From contig JAYPEY010000002.1 in NCBI GenBank assembly GCA_038126035.1, positions 82,837-146,836 of the forward strand: a stretch of 64,000 nt of DNA. Reading direction: 5' to 3'. Below, one piece after another: positions 1-10,163 of this stretch. Under the pieces are notes generated by a model, which was not told where the DNA came from, did no database searches, and was given only the letters and a program-made list of their open reading frames with translations. The translations under genes and the position numbers were made by a program. This stretch comes from Verrucomicrobiales bacterium (GTDB taxonomy: Bacteria; Verrucomicrobiota; Verrucomicrobiia; Limisphaerales; JAYPEY01). How positions within the stretch are numbered: position 1 is the stretch's first letter; each line of letters opens with the position of its first letter.

Positions 1-519
1 GCCAATTACCTGGCCCGTCGATTGGATCCCTTTTTTCCGGTTCTCTACAAGGGGGGCAATGGCCTGGTCGCCCACGAGTGCATTCTGGACCTGCGGCGCT
101 TCAAGACCGTCACGGTCGAGGATGTGGCCAAGCGGCTCATGGATTACGGTTTTCATGCGCCCACCATCTCCTGGCCGGTCGCCGGCTCCATGATGGTCGA
201 ACCGACCGAAAGCGAGTCGCTGGCGGAACTGGACCGTTTCTGCGAGGCCATGATCCGGATTCACGCCGAAATCGAAGCCGTCGAATCGGGCCGTATCGAC
301 GCGGCGAACAACCCGCTGAAGAACGCGCCGCACACCGCGGAAACCGTCGCGCAGACGGAATGGGATCACCCTTACTCGCGGATGGACGCGGCATTCCCGG
401 CGCCTTGGCTGAAGGAACACAAATTCTGGCCCGCCGTGGAACGCATCGACAATGTGTATGGGGATCGCAACCTGGTCTGCACCTGCGAGGGGATGGAGGC
501 CTTCGGGGAATCCGCGTAA
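1..519 (+). CDS. gcvP: Glycine dehydrogenase (decarboxylating) P-protein, C-terminal end; the 5' part lies outside the window
   Basis: Frame 1 is open from base 1. The translation ...[46 protein letters not shown]...[10 protein letters not shown]... matches the conserved C-terminus of GcvP/GcvPB. TAA stop at 517-519. Confidence 0.85.
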   Translation, partial: ANYLARRLDPFFPVLYKGGNGLVAHECILDLRRFKTVTVEDVAKRLMDYGFHAPTISWPVAGSMMVEPTESESLAELDRFCEAMIRIHAEIEAVESGRIDAANNPLKNAPHTAETVAQTEWDHPYSRMDAAFPAPWLKEHKFWPAVERIDNVYGDRNLVCTCEGMEAFGESA

Positions 520-537
520 CAAATCCGAAACATTCCC

Positions 538-567
538 TTGACGGTCGGCGGAATGAGATTCTTTAAT
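538..567 (+). promoter_or_regulatory. Candidate sigma70-like promoter for the cold-shock gene (TTGACG, 18 nt spacer, TTTAAT), which would leave a ~160 nt 5' leader
   Basis: TTGACG at 538-543 and TTTAAT at 562-567, read directly from the sequence. Long 5' UTRs are typical of csp genes. Promoter consensus in this phylum is not well known to me. Confidence 0.3.
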
Positions 568-725
568 GCGCTCTAGAAGCTGGGCCCGCATGGAAGCAGT
601 TTTGAGAAGTAACAATCGTCGTAAGACAAGGCATGAACAGAGACGTTGCTGTTCGTGCCTTTTTGCTTTTCAGGCGGCTGCGGTCCGGATCGCCGACACA
701 ACCAACACCAAGCAGCAGTAAAGTC

Positions 726-941
726 ATGGCCAGCGCGATAGGCAAAGTAAAGTGGTTCGACAACAAGAAGGGCTACGGATTCATCATCGATGAGACCTCC
801 GGCCAAGATGTGTTTGTGCATCACACGTCCATTCTTGGCGACGGCTACAAGACGCTCAACGAGAACGAACCCGTTCAGTTTGAGGTGTTTGAGAGCGGAA
901 AGGGCCTCAAGGCCCAGAACGTCGAACGCACCGAAAGTTGA
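726..941 (+). CDS. cspA: Cold-shock protein (CspA family, S1-like CSD)
   Basis: MASAIGKVKWFDNKKGYGFIIDETSGQDVFVHHTSI... contains the RNP1-like KGYGFI and RNP2-like VFVHH motifs. Start moved from the track's 633 to the ATG at 726. Confidence 0.92.
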   Translation: MASAIGKVKWFDNKKGYGFIIDETSGQDVFVHHTSILGDGYKTLNENEPVQFEVFESGKGLKAQNVERTES

Positions 942-1026
942 GTCTTCGGCGCCCGGGCTGGCGCCTCCTTACCTGCGAAGGGACAATTTCTTCCCGCGCG
1001 CGGCAAAGCCGCACCTCCTTTCTCCC

Positions 1027-2220
1027 GTGACCGATCCCGCAACAGCTCCCTTGCATAATCTGTACATCCATGTCCCGTTCTGTGCCCAGAAATGCGCCTA
1101 TTGCGCCTTCTATTCCAAGGAGCCGGACGGGGAATTGATGGATCGATATGTGGCCGCCCTGATCCGGGAGATGGAGTTGATCGCCGACGACCAGCAACCG
1201 GAGTCAGTCTTTTTTGGGGGTGGGACGCCATCGCTCTTGAGCGTCTCCCATTGGCGGAAGATCCTCGCCGCCATGGAACGGCTCGATCTTCTCGGGGCCA
1301 AGGAGTGGACCGTGGAGTGCAATCCGGCCACCGTGTCCCGTGACAAGGCGGAGTTGCTGAGAGGCCACGGCGTCAACCGCATCTCGATGGGCGTGCAGTC
1401 CATGGACGACTCGCTCTTGGAACGACTGGGGCGCATTCACACTAGGGACATGGTTCTCAAGTCCTTCGAGACCTTGCGCGGGGCGGGTTTCGACAACATC
1501 AACCTGGATCTCATGTTCGCCATTCCCGGCCAGACGATGGAGTTGTGGCGCCGCACGCTTGAGGAGGTCGTCGAATTCGGCAGCGAACACCTGTCATGCT
1601 ACGAGGTGATCTACGAGGAGGACACCGCGCTGTACGCGCAGTTGCAGGCGGGGGAATTCGATGTGGACGAGGAACTCGCCGGCGACATGCACTCGGAGTT
1701 GTGTCGATTTGCGGCGGAACACGGCTTCATTCAATACGAGGTCGCCAACTTTGCCCGCGGCGGGGTGGATGCCGCCGGGATTCCGGCGCGGGCCTGTCGG
1801 CACAATGTGAACTATTGGCGCGCCGGCAGCTACCATGGACTCGGGCCGAGCGCGTCGGGCTATGAACGCGGTGTAAGGATCCGGAATGTCTCCAACACAC
1901 AGGCGTATTGCGAGACGCTGGAACGAGGCGAACGCGCCGTTGACTTCCGGGAGGAGCTTCCGCCATTGGCGCGCGCCGGCGAAACCGCCGCCTTCGGCCT
2001 GCGCATGAACCCGGGGTGGGCCTTCGACGAGTTTCAACGTGTCACCGGCTTCGATCTGCGCGATTTTTGGGCCGAAGAAATGAACCAACTCGTCAAGCTC
2101 GGCCATGCTCGTCGCGACGGCGAACGTTTTCAGCTCACACCGCAGGGGATGCGCTACGCGGACTGGGCGGCGGAACTGTTCCTCAGAAACCAGGAAGATG
2201 ATGCAGGAATTGTTGCTTGA
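1027..2220 (+). CDS. hemW: Radical SAM haem chaperone HemW / oxygen-independent coproporphyrinogen-III oxidase-like protein
   Basis: LYIHVPFCAQKCAYCAF (CxxxCxxC radical-SAM cluster motif) and a HemN-like C-terminal domain. The track start at 790 overlaps csp; the in-frame GTG at 1027 is a plausible start but is uncertain. Confidence 0.8.
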   Translation: MTDPATAPLHNLYIHVPFCAQKCAYCAFYSKEPDGELMDRYVAALIREMELIADDQQPESVFFGGGTPSLLSVSHWRKILAAMERLDLLGAKEWTVECNPATVSRDKAELLRGHGVNRISMGVQSMDDSLLERLGRIHTRDMVLKSFETLRGAGFDNINLDLMFAIPGQTMELWRRTLEEVVEFGSEHLSCYEVIYEEDTALYAQLQAGEFDVDEELAGDMHSELCRFAAEHGFIQYEVANFARGGVDAAGIPARACRHNVNYWRAGSYHGLGPSASGYERGVRIRNVSNTQAYCETLERGERAVDFREELPPLARAGETAAFGLRMNPGWAFDEFQRVTGFDLRDFWAEEMNQLVKLGHARRDGERFQLTPQGMRYADWAAELFLRNQEDDAGIVA

Positions 2221-3286
2221 GACAGCCGGCCGACTGATGCGTCAACCGGCGGCGCCCTACCACGAGTCACTGGTTGCGACGGAGGTCCTCGCGATCTGCA
2301 AGGAAGCCGGAATCGATGTCGCGACCGATGCCTTCGGCAATCTCCACGCCGTCCTGAACCACGCCGGCTCTGAAACGCCTCCCATCGTCCTGGCGGCGCA
2401 CATGGATCATCCGGGATTTGAGATTGTCCGCCGTCTGGGCAGGGGACGCTGGGAAGCGAGGTTTCTCGGCGACGTCCCGGACCGCTATTTTCAACCGGGG
2501 GTTAAATTGAAGCTTCTGCCGTCGGGTCGACCGGCGGTTCTCGGCAGGCGGCGCCCCCACAAACGGGAGAAGCGATTTGAATTACGCGAGGTGAAAGCCG
2601 GATCCGACAAGCCGGAGTTCGCAGTCTGGGATCTGCGGGACTTCTCGTCCCGAGGCGGCCGGATCCGCGGCAGGGTCTGTGACGACCTGATCGGCGTCGC
2701 CGTGATCCTGTCGACGTTGATCGAGTTGAAACGCAGGCGGGCGAAGTGTCACGTGATCGGCTTCATCTCCCGCGCTGAAGAGGTCGGTTTCCAGGGAGCG
2801 TTGGCGGCGGCGGGAGCAGGAGGCATTCCGCACAGTTCGTTGGTGATCTCACTGGAGACCAGCAAGGAGATTCCAGGAGTGAAGATGGGGAAGGGCGTCA
2901 TCGTCCGCGTGGGGGATCGCTCGTCCGTGTTCGATTCGCATGGGACGCGCTTCCTGGGGGCGGTGGGAGACGCCCTGACTAGGCGCGGCGACGGGTTCCA
3001 GTATCAGCGCGCCTTGATGGCCGGCGGCAGTTGCGAAGGGACGGCTTTCCAGGAATTCGGTTACCGCACGGCCGCGGTGTGCGTGGCCTTGGGAAACTAC
3101 CATAACTGCGGAACGGGCGACCGTATCCGCGAGGAATTCGTCAGCGCGGACGACGCGACCGCGATGCACCGGCTTCTCGTGGAGTCCGCCCGGCAGTTCA
3201 AGAACTTCGAGTCCGTCGTGGACCGGACCCGCGTCCGGCTTGAACGCCTCAAGAAGGAGGGCGAACGCCGCCTGCGTCGGCGTTGA
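2198..3286 (+). CDS. M42/M20-type metallopeptidase-like protein (FrvX-like aminopeptidase family)
   Basis: AAHMDHPGFEIV, DDLIGVAVIL and GGSCEGTAF segments resemble M42 peptidase metal-ligand regions. ATG at 2198 overlaps the hemW end by 23 nt. Confidence 0.5.
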   Translation: MMQELLLETAGRLMRQPAAPYHESLVATEVLAICKEAGIDVATDAFGNLHAVLNHAGSETPPIVLAAHMDHPGFEIVRRLGRGRWEARFLGDVPDRYFQPGVKLKLLPSGRPAVLGRRRPHKREKRFELREVKAGSDKPEFAVWDLRDFSSRGGRIRGRVCDDLIGVAVILSTLIELKRRRAKCHVIGFISRAEEVGFQGALAAAGAGGIPHSSLVISLETSKEIPGVKMGKGVIVRVGDRSSVFDSHGTRFLGAVGDALTRRGDGFQYQRALMAGGSCEGTAFQEFGYRTAAVCVALGNYHNCGTGDRIREEFVSADDATAMHRLLVESARQFKNFESVVDRTRVRLERLKKEGERRLRRR

Positions 3287-3654
3287 TCAGGGAGCGGCCG
3301 CGCTCCTGTCGTCGGGCCCGGCCGCCGCGGTGTCTGAAATGCACGGTGCCCTGGATCGCCCTGGTCTGCAGGTTGAGACAGTCTTTCCGCAACCGGCGCA
3401 GATCCATTCCCGTAGGGCGCCCCCGCCTCGACCCACTGCCGATCCCTTTGTCGTTCTCCGTGTTTCCGGAATTTTGTTGACGGACCCGGCATGAACCTAA
3501 TTTGATCGGCGATGCTTTATTGCCCAAGTGACACGAGAAATACGTCCGCCGCCTGTCGCGGCGAGGCGTGGCGTGCCGCCGCCGAATGCGCAAAAAATCG
3601 GAAAGGGGCGTTTATATCAGGGGCTGGCCGGGTCGCCTGTTCGTCAAATCGGGA

Positions 3655-5724
3655 ATGAACGCCGCCGAGCAGGACAAGATCGACAGCAGCAGTCAGCCCC
3701 CCGCGTCGGAGGCTTCGCTCAACGTCGTCATCGATCGCGCGTTGCGGTGGTCGGATGAGCAACAGCATGAGGAGGGATTCTGGTGCGGCAACCTGGAATC
3801 CAATTCCTGCATGGAGGCGCAATGGGTTCTCGCGATGCACATCCTGGGCATCAAGGACGACCCGAAATATGACGGCGTCATCCGCTGCATTCTCAACGAA
3901 CAGCGCGAGGATGGCTCCTGGGAGATCTATCACAACGCCACGATGGGGGACATCAACACCACCGTGGAATGCTATGCCGCCCTCCGGTCCGCCGATATCG
4001 ATCCGGACAGCGAACCGATGGTGAAAGCGCGGGAGTGGATCTTCGCGCATGGCGGACTCAAGGAGCTCAGGGTCTTTTCGAAGTACTGGCTGGCCCTGAT
4101 CGGGGAGTGGCCCTGGGAGAAGACCCCGACGCTGATTCCCGAACTCATCTGGCTCCCGCCCTGGCTGCCCTTCAACATCTACGATTTCTCCTCCTGGGCG
4201 CGGGCCACGCTCGTTCCGCTGTGCCTGTTGTCCGCGCGCCGCCCGGTGACGCCGCTGGCCCCGGAACACCGCATGGACGAGTTGTTTCCGGAAGGACGCG
4301 GCAACTTCGATTTCTCCATGCCGGCCAAGGCGGGGCTGTTTTCCTGGGAGACGGTCTTCATGCGTTTCGACCTGTTCTTCGGTCGGATCTATCAGAATCT
4401 GCCATACAAGCCCGGGCGCGCCACGGCCATGGCGCAATGCCGCGATTGGATTGTCGCCCATCAGGATGCGGATGGAGCCTGGGGCGGCATCCAACCCCCC
4501 TGGATCTATTCCGTGATGGCCCTCTATTTCGAGGGGTGGCCCTTGTCGCACCCGGTGATCGATCGTTCCCTGAAGGCTTGGGACACGCATTGGTCCTACG
4601 AGAAGAACGGGGGAACCTACATCCAGGCCTGCATGTCGCCGGTCTGGGACACGGTTCTGACCCTTCTGGCGCAGGAGGATTGCGACGAGACGATCGAGGC
4701 GCGCGAGTCCATGAAGAAGGCCTTCGAATGGACCCTGGGAAAACAGGTTTTCACCGGCGGCGACTGGCAGGTCCGGGTCAGGGATGTGGAACCGGGCGGT
4801 TGGGCCTTCGAACACGAGAATGCCGCCTATCCGGATGTCGATGACACCTCTGTCGCGGTCATCGTGTTGACCCGCATACTCCAGCGTCTGAAGAAGAACG
4901 GGGGCGACGCGGAGACCATCGCCCGGTTGGAAACCGCGATCGACAAGGCCGTCAAGTGGATGATCGGGTTCCAGTGCCGCAATGGCGGTTGGGCGGCCTT
5001 CGACAAGGACAACACCTCCGAGTGGGTCTGCAAGATCCCATTCTGCGATTTTGGCGAGGTGCTGGACCCGCCGTCGGTCGATGTCACGGCGCATGTGCTG
5101 GAGGCCTTGGGAGTGAATGGCCTTACTGCACGCGACCCCGTTGTCGCCGCTGCGTTGGAGTATGTCCGCGACGAGCAGGAGGAGGATGGCAGTTGGTTCG
5201 GTCGCTGGGGGGTGAATCATAGCTAGGGCTCGGGCGCCGTGCTGCCGGGCCTGGAGGCCATCGGCGAGGTCTTGCGCCAGCCCTACATTCGCAAGGCGGC
5301 GGATTGGGTCGCCTCCAAGCAGAATGCCGACGGCGGCTGGGGCGAATCCTGCGCTTCATACATGGACGACCAACTGCGCGGAGTGGGTGATTCGACCGCG
5401 TCCCAGACCGGTTGGGCCTTGATGGCGCTGATTTCGACCGGCTCTCCGGAATACAGGGACGCCGTCCGCCGGGGCGTCCAATGGCTTCAGAAGACTCAGC
5501 TGGAAAATGGCTCCTGGCATGAAGAGGAATACACCGGCACCGGATTCCCCGGCTACGGCGTCGGTCACAGGATCGACCTGCAAGGCGACCCCAATACGCA
5601 TCAGGGTCGGGAACTCGCGCGGGGCTTCATGATCAACTACAACATGTACCGGCATTACTTTCCTCTGATGGCCCTGGGCCGGGCCCGAAATTACCTGGCC
5701 GAAACCGGAGCTCCGGGCGACTGA
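3655..5724 (+). pseudogene. shc: Squalene-hopene cyclase interrupted by an in-frame TAG at 5224-5226 (ORF pieces 3655-5226 and 5239-5724, same frame)
   Basis: DxDD motif (DVDD, 4834-4845), repeated QW-like segments (DGSWE, DGAWGG, DGSWFGRWG, DGGWGES, NGSWHEE) and a C-terminal YTGTGFPG...YNMYRHYFPLMALGR. Both pieces are in frame 1. Pseudogene status is not proven; see findings. Confidence 0.8.
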
Positions 5725-5837
5725 CCGGCATTCCATCCCCGACCTGCGGCAAGGTCCCGGTCGACGCCGGATTGAATGCGCGCCCCACGAGATTTCGTCT
5801 ATTCGCCGCGCGCCCCATTTCAAGAAACACCAGATTT

Positions 5838-8423
5838 ATGCAGAGAAGAACACCCGATGCCGCCCTGGCGATCCTGATGACGATCGCCCTGTCCTCAACC
5901 CAGATCCTGGCGCAGTCCGGCGACAAGAAAGGCGTCAAGATGCCCGAGGTCTGGCGCGACATGAACGTGCCCCCGGCGCCGGTGTTGTCGCCGGAGGACG
6001 CCCTGAAATCCTTCAGGCTCCAACCGGGTTACGAGATTTCCCTCATCGCCGCAGAACCCTTGGTCGAAGATCCCGTCGCCGCGACCATCGACCCGGACGG
6101 CCGTATCTGGGTCGTGGAGATGCGGGGCTTCATGCCGAACGTCGATGGAACGGGCGAGGATGTGAAAAATGGGGTGGTCGCCGTGCTCGAGGATCTCGAC
6201 GGCGACGGCCGGATGGACAAGCGCACTGAGTTTCTAAACCAGCTCCGGATGCCCCGCGCCGTCGCCATGGTGAAGGGGGGCGCCCTGGTGGCCGAACCTC
6301 CTAATCTCTGGTTCTGCCAGGACACGGACGGCGACCTGCAATGCGACACGAAGGAGGCTGTCCTGACCAACTATGCGCGACAAGGGCCGGTCGAGCACAC
6401 CGACAACGGTCTGCTTCGCGGTCTCGACAACTGGCTCTACAACGCCAAGAGCACGAAGCGCCTGCGCCTGATCGATGGAGTCTGGAAAGTGGAGGAAGAC
6501 ATCTTCCGCGGACAATGGGGCATCACCCAGGACAACTTCGGACGCCTTTACTACAACAACAATTCCAACCCCGTCTACGTGGACCTGGTTCCCGGGAACT
6601 ACCTCGTCCGCAACCGGAATTTTTCAACGAAAGCCGGCGTCAACCGTCCAGTTTTCAGGTCGAAGGATGTCTGGACCAGCCGTGTGAATCCCGGCATCAA
6701 CCGCGGCTATCAATCGAACATGCTCCGCGATGGGAAACTCGCCGTGTTCACCGCCGCCAGCGGACCGGTCATCTACCGCGGGGACAACTACCCGGAAGAC
6801 GCGATCGGCGACGCCTTCATCCCGGAACCTTCAGGCAACATGATCCGTCACCAGAAGGTGTCCTTCAGCGGCGCGGGCGTTTCCGGGGACAACGCCTACA
6901 GAAAATCCGAGTGGCTGACCTCGACCGACGAGCGTTTCCGCCCGGTCAATCTCTACAACACCCCGGAGGGCGACCTGATGATTGTGGACATGTACCGCGG
7001 CATCCTGCAGCACCGCGTCTATGTCACCACCTTCCTTCGCAAGCAGATTCTGGAACGGCATCTCGACCGCCCGCTGGGGCTCGGACGCCTCTACCGCGTC
7101 CGCTACAAGTCAAGACCGACCAACGCGAAACCGGCGTTGTCGGCCAGGACGCCCGCCGAACTGGTCGCCGTCTTGAAACACCCGAATGGCTGGCAGCGCG
7201 ACACGGCGCAACGACTGCTGGTCGATGCCGGCGACAAGGCCACAGCCCCGGCCCTGCGCGATCTCGCGACAACGGCCCCATCGCCCGCAACCCGCGTTCA
7301 GGCCTTGTGGACATTGGAAGGGTTGCGTTCCCTGGATACCGCCACGGTTGAGAAGGCCTTGGCGGATCCTCGTGCGGAAGTGCAAGCCGCGGCCGTCCGT
7401 ATGGCGGAATTCCTCGTCAACGAACCGATCGAGGACGAGGAGGAATCCAATGCCCGCGTCGCGCTGCTGGAAACCGTGGACGCCATGATCAAACCGGAAG
7501 CCGACCTCGCCGTCCTTCGGCAGGCGGCCCTGTCCCTGAGCGGCGTCAAACGCGCGGAGGCCGCCGCCGCCTTGCGGAGATTGGTCATGGAGTTCGGCGA
7601 CGACGATGTCATCCGTGACGGCGCCGTGACCGGCCTGGGCGGGCGCGAATTGGAATTTCTTCAACGCACGCTCGCGGATCCCCTGTTCGCCAGAGATTCC
7701 AAACCGGCGCAACGCTTCATCCGCCACCTCGCCGGATGCGTCGCCAGGGAACGGAACAGTTACCGGGTGGATCAGCTGCTGCGACTGGCGGCCGGACAAT
7801 CAAAGGAGGAGGCCTGGCGACAGGGCGCGATCCTTGACGGCTTGGTCGATGTCGCCGCTCCCGGCGGGAAGGGAAGGAAGCCGAAGCCGGTCCATTACAA
7901 GACCCAGCCTCTGGCGTTTTCGAAGCTGGCGAAGAGCAGGAGCGGTTCGGTGAAGAAGAAGATCGACGGCCTGAAGGGCTTCATCACCTGGGGCGCCGCG
8001 GCCGCCCCGCCGCCGCCGCCGCGCAAACTGACCGCCGTGGAGCAGAAGTTGTTCGACGACGGCAAGAATCTCTACCTCGGCATCTGCGCCTCGTGTCATC
8101 AGCCTTCCGGCCTCGGTGAAGAGGGAAAAGCCCCGCCGCTGTTGGACTCGCCGTTCCTGCTGGGCTCTCCGAAGCGCATGGTTGGCGTCGTCATGCACGG
8201 CATCACCGGACCGATCGAGGTCCACGGTCGCGTCTACAACATGACCATGCCCGGCGTGCAGGGACTGCAGGACGAGCACATCGCCGCCATCCTCACCTAC
8301 GCCCGCCGCGAATGGGAGCACCGCGGCGATCCCGTCACACCGGAGCAGGTCGCCAAGGCAAGAAAGGCGTTCGAGGGCAGGGAGACGCCCTGGACGGCGA
8401 AGGAATTGGAAACGATGAAATAG
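5838..8423 (+). CDS. PVC-type haem-binding CxxCH protein with membrane-bound-dehydrogenase-like domain, HEAT-like repeats and a C-terminal cytochrome c domain
   Basis: Signal-like N-terminus from the ATG at 5838; LIAAEPLVEDPVAATIDPDGRIWVVEM; central repeats of the LVDAGDKATAPALRDL type; C-terminal CASCHQPSG...M(T)MPG mono-haem domain. Confidence 0.75.
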   Translation: MQRRTPDAALAILMTIALSSTQILAQSGDKKGVKMPEVWRDMNVPPAPVLSPEDALKSFRLQPGYEISLIAAEPLVEDPVAATIDPDGRIWVVEMRGFMPNVDGTGEDVKNGVVAVLEDLDGDGRMDKRTEFLNQLRMPRAVAMVKGGALVAEPPNLWFCQDTDGDLQCDTKEAVLTNYARQGPVEHTDNGLLRGLDNWLYNAKSTKRLRLIDGVWKVEEDIFRGQWGITQDNFGRLYYNNNSNPVYVDLVPGNYLVRNRNFSTKAGVNRPVFRSKDVWTSRVNPGINRGYQSNMLRDGKLAVFTAASGPVIYRGDNYPEDAIGDAFIPEPSGNMIRHQKVSFSGAGVSGDNAYRKSEWLTSTDERFRPVNLYNTPEGDLMIVDMYRGILQHRVYVTTFLRKQILERHLDRPLGLGRLYRVRYKSRPTNAKPALSARTPAELVAVLKHPNGWQRDTAQRLLVDAGDKATAPALRDLATTAPSPATRVQALWTLEGLRSLDTATVEKALADPRAEVQAAAVRMAEFLVNEPIEDEEESNARVALLETVDAMIKPEADLAVLRQAALSLSGVKRAEAAAALRRLVMEFGDDDVIRDGAVTGLGGRELEFLQRTLADPLFARDSKPAQRFIRHLAGCVARERNSYRVDQLLRLAAGQSKEEAWRQGAILDGLVDVAAPGGKGRKPKPVHYKTQPLAFSKLAKSRSGSVKKKIDGLKGFITWGAAAAPPPPPRKLTAVEQKLFDDGKNLYLGICASCHQPSGLGEEGKAPPLLDSPFLLGSPKRMVGVVMHGITGPIEVHGRVYNMTMPGVQGLQDEHIAAILTYARREWEHRGDPVTPEQVAKARKAFEGRETPWTAKELETMK

Positions 8424-8430
8424 GCGTGGA

Positions 8431-8448
8431 AACGGACGTGAGTCCGTT
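8431..8448. terminator. Stem-loop between convergent genes (AACGGAC-GTGA-GTCCGTT), a possible bidirectional terminator
   Basis: 7-bp perfect stem with a GTGA loop, read directly. No clear T-tract on either strand. Confidence 0.25.
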
Positions 8449-8511
8449 CAAGCCTTCCTGGTCGCCAGAGGTGTGATCGGCCTTGCGTCCGATCACACGC
8501 CAGAGAGAATC

Positions 8512-8997
8512 TCAGTGGTGATGATGCCCGCCGGGGCCGTGCACATGGCCGTGCTCGATCTCTTCCTGGGTGGCTTCGCGGACTTCGGTCACTTCAATCG
8601 CGAAATTCAACGCCTGTCCGGCGAGGGGATGGTTGCCGTCCACGGTGACCGTGTCGCCTTCGATTTTGGTGATCTCGAAGATCTGGGCTCCATTGGGCGT
8701 CTGCGCCTGGAAGCGCATGCCGAGTTCCAGTTCACCGTCGGCCTTGAAAGCGGTCTTGGGGATCTGCTGGATCATTTCGTCGCGCCGGATGCCGTAGCCC
8801 TCCTCGGCGGAAACCTTCACCTCAAGCTTGTCGCCCGCCTTCTTCCCGCTGAGTTCCTTCTCCAGACCAGGGACGATGTTGCCGTGGCCGTGGAGATAAT
8901 GCAACGGGTCGCGGCCTTCCGAGGAATCGATTGTCTTGCCGGCGTCGTCGGTGAGCTTGTAGTGCATGGCGACGACGGAGTTTTGGGCGATAAACAT
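8512..8997 (-). CDS. slyD: FKBP-type peptidyl-prolyl isomerase SlyD with His-rich C-terminal tail
   Basis: MFIAQNSVVAMHYKLTDD...HYLHGHGNIVPGLEKEL...DGNHPLAGQALNFAIEV... ending in HGHVHGPGGHHHH. Confidence 0.88.
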   Translation of the reverse strand: MFIAQNSVVAMHYKLTDDAGKTIDSSEGRDPLHYLHGHGNIVPGLEKELSGKKAGDKLEVKVSAEEGYGIRRDEMIQQIPKTAFKADGELELGMRFQAQTPNGAQIFEITKIEGDTVTVDGNHPLAGQALNFAIEVTEVREATQEEIEHGHVHGPGGHHHH

Positions 8998-9101
8998 GTG
9001 CGTAATGGGGTGGGGGACTTGAGTGTGGTTCGAGGCGGACCCTACGCGGCGTGCAGGAATGCGCCCAGAACTTTCTGGAATGACCGCAGCGCTCCGCCCT
9101 G

Positions 9102-9860
9102 CTACTGCACGGTCCAGCCGCCGTCGATGACGATGTCGGTTCCGGTGATGAAGCCGGCTTCAGGGGAGCAGAGGTAGACCGCCAGGTTGCCGATCTCTTC
9201 AGGCTTGCCCCAGCGGCCCATGGGGATCCGCTTGAGGAAATCGGCGTTCTTCTCGGGATCGTTGATCAGGGGGAGATTCATCTCGGTCGCGAAGGGCCCG
9301 GGGCTGATGCCGTTGACCGTGATGCCGTCGTCGAGGAGCTCCATCGACAACGCCTTCGTAAAGCCCAGCAGGCCAAACTTGGTCGTGCAATAGCCGGTGC
9401 GACCGGCGATGGCCACGTGGCTCATGATCGAGGTCATGTTGATGATGCGGCCATAGCCGCGTCCCTTCATGTGCGGGACAAAGGACTGGCTCATCAGGAA
9501 CGCGCTGGTGAGATTGGTGTCAAGGATCTCGCGCCATTCAGGCAGGGTGAATTCGGTCAGATGCTTGCGGTTGTTCATGCCCGCGTTGTTGATGAGGATG
9601 TCCACCTTGCCGAACTTCCCGACCACCGCCTCCGCGGCGGCCGCGACCTGGCCCTGGTCCGTGGCGTCGCAGGCGAAGCTCTCCGCCTCGCCGCCCTCCG
9701 TCCGGATGCCCTCGGCGACCTCGTTCAGGAGATCGAGATTGCGTGAGACAAGGGCGATCTTGACGCCCTCGCGCGCCAGGGCCTCCGCCATGGACCTGCC
9801 CAAACCTTTGCTCGCGCCGCTGATCACGGCCACCTTGTCGGAAAGTTTCTTCTCACTCAT
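9102..9860 (-). CDS. Short-chain dehydrogenase/reductase (FabG / gluconate-5-dehydrogenase-like)
   Basis: VAVISGASKGLGRS (TGxxxGxG-type), NNAG, and a Y..xxxK-type catalytic segment (YCTTKFG). TAG stop. Confidence 0.85.
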   Translation of the reverse strand: MSEKKLSDKVAVISGASKGLGRSMAEALAREGVKIALVSRNLDLLNEVAEGIRTEGGEAESFACDATDQGQVAAAAEAVVGKFGKVDILINNAGMNNRKHLTEFTLPEWREILDTNLTSAFLMSQSFVPHMKGRGYGRIINMTSIMSHVAIAGRTGYCTTKFGLLGFTKALSMELLDDGITVNGISPGPFATEMNLPLINDPEKNADFLKRIPMGRWGKPEEIGNLAVYLCSPEAGFITGTDIVIDGGWTVQ

Positions 9861-10163
9861 AGGGCAGGGGAGGGTAGCCGGGGAAGGCCGCGGGAGAAAG
9901 GGGAATCGTGGGTGCGAAAATGAACTTCAAACGGCCAACTTTGAACTTCAATCATCGAAGCTGGGACATCGGGCACGCCGCGCATCCCTCCCATCGGAGT
10001 TTGGCGTTCGAAGGAACAGTCGGGCCCTTGCAATTTGTCTTTCTCCCGCTGAATTGCCTTGGCTTGGCGGGATACACCGGTATCTTTTGCGGCTTCGATT
10101 TTCCGGCGAGGGTTCCCGTGAGCGAATGAGCATCCCCCGGAATTCGTTCGTGTTTGACGACCG

